Source of the DNA: Candidatus Aenigmatarchaeota archaeon
GTDB lineage: Archaea; Aenigmatarchaeota; Aenigmatarchaeia; CG10238-14; SpSt-28
Reading direction: 5' to 3'
DNA length: 12,626 nucleotides
NCBI GenBank assembly: GCA_039000985.1
Contig: JAWBMD010000018.1
Coordinates: 1-12,626 of the forward strand
Shown here: positions 7,151 to 12,626 of the stretch, in pieces
Position numbering within the stretch: position 1 is the stretch's first letter
Layout: the number at the start of each line of letters is the position of its first letter
Notes under the pieces: model-generated
Databases searched by the model: none
What the model was told of the DNA's origin: nothing
What the model saw: the letters and a program-made list of their open reading frames with translations, nothing else
Translations under genes and position numbers: made by a program

Positions 7151-8413
7151 ATGATAAAAGAAGTATTGTTAAGACAGAAAATTGAAGTTGAAGAAATTGT
7201 TAAAGGAAAATTTATTGAAAGAGAAAACATAGAGAAAATAATACCATATCTCAATACAAAATTAATAAAGGTTATTATAGGATTAAGAAGAAGTGGAAAA
7301 TCATTTTTAGGAATTCATTTAATAAAAAAATTTAACTTTGGTTATGTAAATTTTGATGACGAGAGATTAGTGGAGGTTAAAGATTATGATGAAATATTAA
7401 AAAATTTGCATGAAATATATGGAAAAGTTAATTTTTTGTTTTTTGATGAGATCCAAAATTTAGAAAAATGGGAACTTTTTGTAAACAGATTACAAAGAAG
7501 CGGTTATAATATTATAATTACTGGCTCTAATGCAAAATTACTTAGCAAAGAACTAGCAACACAGTTAACAGGAAGATATATTGAAATAGAAAATTTTCCA
7601 TTCAGCTTTAGAGAGTTTTTAAAAGCAAAGGATTTTAAGATAAGAAAAGAAGAATTAGAAATAAAAGAATTAAGAGGAAAATTGCTAAATTTATTGAATG
7701 AATATTTAAAAATTGGTGGGCTTCCAGAAGTTGTAATAGAAAAGTATAAGCCAGAAAATTATGTTAGAATGCTTTTCGATAGCATTATATTTAAAGATAT
7801 CGTTAAGAGATATAATTTAAGATTTTCATCAAAAATTTATGAACTAGCAAGATATTTAATTTCTAATATTTCAACTCTACAAAGTTTTAATAAAATAAAT
7901 GAAATTCTTAATTTTAGAAGCATCCATACTGTTCAAAATTATTTCGAATATCTCAAAGAAGCTTATTTAATTTTTCATTTAGATGCATTTTCTTTTAGTA
8001 TTAAAAATCAAATTAAATCTAAGAAGAAAGTTTATTCAATGGATTTATCTTTTCCAAATTTTACTAGTTTTAAATTTTCTGAAAATATTGGTAGATTAAT
8101 TGAAAACTTGGTTGCTATAGAGTTATTGAGAAAGGGTTATAAAGAAGTTTATTATTGGAAAGATTATCAGCAAAATGAGGTTGATTTTGTTTTAAAGGAG
8201 GGATTAAAAATTACTCAGCTTATTCAAGTTACTTATGCTTCTAGCAAAGATGAGATAGAGAAAAAAGAAACAAAAGCTTTATTAAAAGCAAGTGAATTAT
8301 TGAAATGTGAAAATTTGCTTATAATTACTTGGGATTATAAAGATGAGTTAAAAATAAATAATAAGATAATTAAATGCATTCCTTTATGGAAGTGGTTGTT
8401 AAGATTAGCTTAG
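7151..8413 (+). CDS. COG1373-type ATP-binding protein, copy 3
   Basis: Motifs GLRRSGKS, FDEIQ, TGSNAKLL, PFSFREF, GGLPE, GRLIEN and EVDF. ATG 7151 is preferred over GTG 7136 because of TATA spacing. Confidence 0.92.
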   Translation: MIKEVLLRQKIEVEEIVKGKFIERENIEKIIPYLNTKLIKVIIGLRRSGKSFLGIHLIKKFNFGYVNFDDERLVEVKDYDEILKNLHEIYGKVNFLFFDEIQNLEKWELFVNRLQRSGYNIIITGSNAKLLSKELATQLTGRYIEIENFPFSFREFLKAKDFKIRKEELEIKELRGKLLNLLNEYLKIGGLPEVVIEKYKPENYVRMLFDSIIFKDIVKRYNLRFSSKIYELARYLISNISTLQSFNKINEILNFRSIHTVQNYFEYLKEAYLIFHLDAFSFSIKNQIKSKKKVYSMDLSFPNFTSFKFSENIGRLIENLVAIELLRKGYKEVYYWKDYQQNEVDFVLKEGLKITQLIQVTYASSKDEIEKKETKALLKASELLKCENLLIITWDYKDELKINNKIIKCIPLWKWLLRLA

Positions 8414-8468
8414 TATATTGTGTCATATGTGACACAAGAAATTTATTATTTGTGTCATAAAAGTATAA
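8399..8468 (+). repeat. 70-bp direct repeat, copy B
   Basis: 69/70 identical to 5671-5740, with a single C/T difference at 8426. Confidence 0.92.
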
Positions 8469-8609
8469 ATATAGAAAGGGATGAGATTGTAAACATATTT
8501 CTAGGTTTCAAAAGACTGTGAAGATAGGTGTGGAAATTTTTGTAAAGAATAAAGCAGAAAATGAAAAGTTACATTTAATCTAAATTTTTTAATTAACTAA
8601 ATAATTTAT

Positions 8610-9917
8610 ATGGAAAATTATAAAGATAAGTTAACAGAATTTATAGAGGAATTCTGGAGAAAAGAACTACCGATTTTAAAGGAGAGAAAAGTAAAGCTAG
8701 ACCTAGAGACTGAGCTTATTAACGATGTAATAGGTGTTAGAAGATCAGGAAAAACATCTGTAATGTTGCTAACTATAAGTAGATTGGGAAAAGAAAGATG
8801 TCTTTACTTAAATTTTGAAAATAGGAAATTGTTTCCTTTAACTAACAAGTATTTCGATGCTATAATTGAGTTTATTTATGGCATGGAGTTGCTTAAAAGG
8901 TTTAAAAAAATTTACTTATTTTTAGATGAGGTTCAGAAGATAAACGAATGGGAAAGATATGTAAGAAGTATTTATGATGAGTTTAAAGGTAGGATAAAAA
9001 TTTTCATTTCTGGCTCAACTTCTAAGCTAACAGCTTCAAAACTTTCAACTTTGTTAAGTGGAAGACATCTTACCACTTATGTCTTTCCATTGAGTTTTAG
9101 AGAATTCTTAAGCTTTAAAGAGTTTAAAATTCCAACTTTTTATATAGAAGAGGATAGGGCAAAAGTGTTGAAATTTTTAAAGGAGTATATTGAGTTCGGC
9201 GGTTTTCCAGAGGTAGTTTTGAGTGAGAAGAAAGAAGAAATGATACAAACTTTAATGCTAGACATTATAAATAGAGATGTTTTGCCAGGGATTGTTAAAA
9301 GGAGGGAAATAGTTGAAGATTTTGTATATTTCTTGTGTAGCAACAGCGGAAAGCTTTTGAGCTTCAATGAAATGGCAAAATTGTTTGTAAGAACTTCTGT
9401 ACTTACTGTTCAAAAAATTTTCAATTTACTAAAGGATGTTTTTCTTTTTTTCGATTTTCCTATTTTCTCTTACAGTGTAAAGACCCAGCTTCTATATCCA
9501 AAAAAGATAATTTGTATAGATCAAGGTTTTATCAATCAATTTGGTTTTAAGTTTAGTGAGGACAGGGGTAGATTGATGGAGAATTTAGTTGGGATTGAGC
9601 TTTTAAGGAAATATGGATTAATAGGAAAGACGAAGGTATTTTACTGGAAGGAGTATGGAAAAAGGGAAGGAAGTGAAGTTGATTTTGTTTTAAAGGAAGG
9701 GTTAAATGTTAAGCAATTAATTCAAGTAACTTATGCTTCAAGCAAGGATGAAATTGATAAAAGAGAAGTAAGAGCGTTAATGAAAGCTAGCGAGCAGTTG
9801 AAATGTAAGAATTTATTAATAATAACTTGGGATTATGAAGATGAGTTGAAAGTTGATAGCAGAAAAATTAAATGCGTACCATTAGGGAAATGGTTACTAG
9901 AACTAAAAGAGGTTTAG
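8610..9917 (+). CDS. COG1373-type ATP-binding protein, copy 4
   Basis: Motifs GVRRSGKT, LDEVQ, SGSTSKL, LSGR, PLSFREF, GGFPE, GRLMEN and EVDF. Confidence 0.92.
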   Translation: MENYKDKLTEFIEEFWRKELPILKERKVKLDLETELINDVIGVRRSGKTSVMLLTISRLGKERCLYLNFENRKLFPLTNKYFDAIIEFIYGMELLKRFKKIYLFLDEVQKINEWERYVRSIYDEFKGRIKIFISGSTSKLTASKLSTLLSGRHLTTYVFPLSFREFLSFKEFKIPTFYIEEDRAKVLKFLKEYIEFGGFPEVVLSEKKEEMIQTLMLDIINRDVLPGIVKRREIVEDFVYFLCSNSGKLLSFNEMAKLFVRTSVLTVQKIFNLLKDVFLFFDFPIFSYSVKTQLLYPKKIICIDQGFINQFGFKFSEDRGRLMENLVGIELLRKYGLIGKTKVFYWKEYGKREGSEVDFVLKEGLNVKQLIQVTYASSKDEIDKREVRALMKASEQLKCKNLLIITWDYEDELKVDSRKIKCVPLGKWLLELKEV

Positions 9918-9920
9918 AAC

Positions 9921-9964
9921 TATTTTCCTTCATATAAGGAAATTTTTTTCATATATTTTCCTTC
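9921..9964 (+). promoter_or_regulatory. Triple-box promoter/operator of ATPase copy 5
   Basis: TTTCCTT (9924-9930), AAGGAAA (9936-9942) and TTTCCTT (9957-9963). TATTTTCCTTC is directly repeated 33 bp apart, the same layout as the TTGTGTCA element. Confidence 0.55.
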
Positions 9965-9979
9965 TATAATATATTATTT

Positions 9980-11248
9980 GTGATAGAGAAAAATAGCATT
10001 GTTGATTTTTTAAAAGAGTATGAAAAATTTTCTCCAACAATTATAAAAAGAGAATTAGAAGTACCACTAAACACAAGCTTTATAGTTTCAATAATAGGTC
10101 CTAGAAGAGCAGGTAAAACATATTATCTTTTTCAAATAAAAAATCTTAAGCCAAATAGTTTGTATTTAAACTTTGAAGATTCCCGCTTAATTGGAGTTGA
10201 GTTTAAAGATATAAGAGAAATTATAAGGTTGTTTGAAGAAATTTATGGAATAAAACCAACATATTTGCTTTTAGATGAAATTCAAAATGTTGAAAATTGG
10301 GAAATTATAATAAGAGAAATACATGATCTCAAACTTTATAAAATAATTATTACTGGCTCTTCTTCAAAGCTTTTAAGCAAGGAAATTTCAACAAAACTTA
10401 GGGGAAGAACTTTAAGCTATATTTTATTTCCATTTTCTTTTAGGGAGTTTTTAAATGCTAAGGAATTTTCTCTTGAAAAATTTTTATCAAAAGAAAAAGA
10501 AGTAGAGGTTAAAAGAAATTTAAGAGAATATATTGAGTTTGGTGGTTTTCCTGAAGTAGTTTTAAATTCTAACGTTAGAACTAATATAATTAAGCAATAT
10601 TATGATTTGATTTTATTTAAGGATTTTATAGAAAGACATGAAATAAGAAATATAGGATTTTCAAAATTTTTATTGAATTTTATTCTTCAGAATTTTTCAA
10701 AGGAAATATCAGTAAAGGGTATATATGATAAAGCAAAATCTATGAATTTAAAAATTTCGAAAGATACAACTTATAGCTATTTAGATAAATTGAATGACAC
10801 TTTAATATTTTTCTTCCTTGAAAGGTATTCTAAGAAAGTGCATGTTAGGGAGTCTTGGCCAAAAAAAATTTATGTTGTTGATAATGGTTTAACTAAGAAT
10901 ATAAGATTTTCTCAAGATTATGGAAAGTTAATGGAGAATTGTGTTTTTCTTGAGCTAAAAAGAAAACAAAATAAGAATCCTTTAATGGAATGCTATTATT
11001 TTAAAGTAAATGATAGTGAAGTCGATTTTGTTGTAAAAGAAGGATTAAGAGTTACTCAGCTTATTCAAGTAACTTATGCTTCAAGCAAGGATGAGATTGA
11101 TAAAAGAGAAATTAAAGCTTTAATGAAAGCTAGTGAGCTATTAAGATGTAAAAGCTTGCAAATAATCACATGGGACTATGAAGATGAGATAAAAGTTAAT
11201 GATAAAATAATTAAATGCATACCATTATGGAAATGGTTATTGGGGTGA
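9980..11248 (+). CDS. COG1373-type ATP-binding protein, copy 5 (GTG start)
   Basis: Motifs GPRRAGKT, LDEIQ, TGSSSKLL, LRGR, PFSFREF, GGFPE, GKLMEN and EVDF. Confidence 0.92.
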   Translation: MIEKNSIVDFLKEYEKFSPTIIKRELEVPLNTSFIVSIIGPRRAGKTYYLFQIKNLKPNSLYLNFEDSRLIGVEFKDIREIIRLFEEIYGIKPTYLLLDEIQNVENWEIIIREIHDLKLYKIIITGSSSKLLSKEISTKLRGRTLSYILFPFSFREFLNAKEFSLEKFLSKEKEVEVKRNLREYIEFGGFPEVVLNSNVRTNIIKQYYDLILFKDFIERHEIRNIGFSKFLLNFILQNFSKEISVKGIYDKAKSMNLKISKDTTYSYLDKLNDTLIFFFLERYSKKVHVRESWPKKIYVVDNGLTKNIRFSQDYGKLMENCVFLELKRKQNKNPLMECYYFKVNDSEVDFVVKEGLRVTQLIQVTYASSKDEIDKREIKALMKASELLRCKSLQIITWDYEDEIKVNDKIIKCIPLWKWLLG

Positions 11249-11270
11249 AGAGTTAAAAAGATGTCTGCTC

Positions 11271-11302
11271 TATGCGATAACTTTATTAATTTTTATCGTA
11301 TA
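11271..11302 (+). promoter_or_regulatory. Promoter/operator of ATPase copy 6
   Basis: TATGCGATAA-ctttattaattt-TTATCGTATA, 9/10 arm match, centred about 27 nt upstream of ATG 11314. Confidence 0.65.
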
Positions 11303-11313
11303 TATAAGATAAT

Positions 11314-12606
11314 ATGAAAGAGGATGTAATAAGAAAGCTAATTTATGAATTTTGGGAAAAAGATTTAAAAGAAGTAAAGGAGCGAGTAAAAGATCTAAAG
11401 TTCTTATCAACAAATCTTGTTAATGATATAGTTGGGGTAAGAAGAGCAGGAAAGACTTATTTTCTATTCTTCTTAACAAAAATACTAGAAAAAGAATTTG
11501 GGAGGGAGCAATTCATATATTTAAATTGCGAGCACAGAAGCATTTATCCTTTAAAAATTGAGGAACTTAATTATTTAGTTAAATTTTTTCATGAAGAAAA
11601 TTTGCTAAGCAAAAAAATTTTTCTTTTTCTAGATGAAGTACAAGCAGTTAAAGGTTGGGAGATTTTTGTTAAAAGTATTCATGATGAATTTGAGAATAAA
11701 ATAAAAGTAATAGTTTCAGGTTCTGTTAAAACACTTCTTTCCATGGATTATGGAAAGCTTTTAAGTGGAAGACATCAAACAATAAAAATATTCCCATTAT
11801 CTTTTACAGAATATCTTAACTTTAAAAATATTCAAAAGGAAAGAATTACAGAGGAGAAAGAAGCAAAGATTAAAAAAGCTGCAAGAGATTTTTTGAAATG
11901 TGGTTCTTTTCCAAAGTATGTATTAACTGAAGATTTAACTTATTTGGAGCAAACTTTTACAGATATAATTGAAAGAGATATAAAAAGTAGAGTTGAAATT
12001 AGGAAAAAAGATGTTATAGATGAGCTTATAAACCTTTTATTGGAAAGAGTTGCTTCTAAAATATCTTTTACTAAACTGAGAAATTTACTTCGATTTAAAG
12101 GTTACAAAATAAGCACTGATTTAATAATAAAGTATGCTTCAATTTGTGAAGATGTATTTCTTTTTTTCTTTTTACCAATTTATTCAACAAAATATTCCGA
12201 AATGATAAAAAATCCTAAAAAGGTTTATATTATTGATAACGGTTTTATTAACCTATTTCCTTTAAGAATATCGGAAAATTTTGGCAAGCAGATGGAGAAT
12301 ACAGTATTCTTAGAGCTATTAAAGTCAGGGCTTGATGCTGGAAAAGAGATATTTTATTATAAAATTAATGATAATGAAGTAGATTTCGTTATAAAACAAG
12401 GATTAAAAATTAACCAACTTATTCAAGTTACTTATGCTTCAAGCAAAGATGAAATAGAGAAAAGAGAAATAAAAGGATTAATAAAAGCTAGTAATGAACT
12501 TAAATGCAAAAATTTATTTATAATAACATGGGACTATGAAGATGAAATAAAAATAAATAATAAGATAATTAAATGCATTCCATTATGGAAGTGGTTGTTA
12601 AAATAA
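11314..12606 (+). CDS. COG1373-type ATP-binding protein, copy 6
   Basis: Motifs GVRRAGKT, LDEVQ, SGSVKTLL, LSGR, PLSFTEY, GSFPK, GKQMEN and EVDF. Confidence 0.92.
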   Translation: MKEDVIRKLIYEFWEKDLKEVKERVKDLKFLSTNLVNDIVGVRRAGKTYFLFFLTKILEKEFGREQFIYLNCEHRSIYPLKIEELNYLVKFFHEENLLSKKIFLFLDEVQAVKGWEIFVKSIHDEFENKIKVIVSGSVKTLLSMDYGKLLSGRHQTIKIFPLSFTEYLNFKNIQKERITEEKEAKIKKAARDFLKCGSFPKYVLTEDLTYLEQTFTDIIERDIKSRVEIRKKDVIDELINLLLERVASKISFTKLRNLLRFKGYKISTDLIIKYASICEDVFLFFFLPIYSTKYSEMIKNPKKVYIIDNGFINLFPLRISENFGKQMENTVFLELLKSGLDAGKEIFYYKINDNEVDFVIKQGLKINQLIQVTYASSKDEIEKREIKGLIKASNELKCKNLFIITWDYEDEIKINNKIIKCIPLWKWLLK

Positions 12607-12626
12607 ATATGTATTTCCGAGATATA

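Larger units (their letters stand above)
5449..12600 (+). repeat. Six dispersed copies of a gap-free 225-bp 3' module (EVDF...KWLL) starting at 5449, 6859, 8177, 9675, 11018 and 12376
   Basis: The module is 75 codons in every gene. Copy 2 and copy 6 share 62/75 identical residues by manual count, and identical DNA tracts reach 50 bp. Confidence 0.9.

Noticed and set aside
9140..9367. 75-aa minus-strand ORF
   Set aside because: Antisense shadow inside ATPase copy 4.
2406..9935. TTTTCCTTCATAT occurs three times (2406-2418, 4295-4307, 9923-9935)
   Set aside because: Two copies are simply minus-strand ATG AAG GAA AA gene starts (MKEK). Chance in AT-rich DNA is adequate, and cross-regulation cannot be supported.
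5449..12606. Diversity-generating retroelement (TR/VR) explanation for the similar 3' ends
   Set aside because: There is no reverse transcriptase or non-coding template repeat in the window. Many differences are synonymous, including C/T changes, so they are not adenine-specific.
4386..12606. Integron (attC), shufflon or CRISPR interpretation of the intergenic palindromes
   Set aside because: There is no recombinase or cas gene, all genes are co-oriented and full length, and the dyads differ in sequence and sit on TATA regions. I saw no consistent attC core sites or repeat-spacer periodicity.

Overview
This is very AT-rich archaeal-type DNA with TATA-like boxes about 25-30 nt upstream of start codons and no obvious Shine-Dalgarno sites; a DPANN-like origin is inferred, not proven. 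The left part (1-2645, minus strand) is an accessory stretch downstream of tRNA-Ala(CGC). It holds an unannotated ribbon-helix-helix gene translationally coupled to a secreted GIGT-repeat surface protein, a decayed MNT-HEPN toxin-antitoxin pair, and a PIN-domain gene flanked by two unannotated paralogous ~50-aa ORFs. The middle has tRNA-Ala back-to-back with thiI, then a gene remnant. The right part (4428-12606) is a tandem array of six COG1373-type ATPases (AAA_14 P-loop, winged HTH, DUF4143/PD-(D/E)xK-like C-terminus), the first of them frameshifted. The array is the most interesting feature. The 5' ~80% of each gene is highly divergent, but the last 225 bp are gap-free and homogenised as a patchwork of identical DNA tracts. 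Most genes are preceded by a different inverted repeat centred on the TATA region, and an orphan promoter with a dead start codon occurs twice. I infer an integrase-free array of self-regulated cassettes that is gained and lost by recombination at the shared 3' module.
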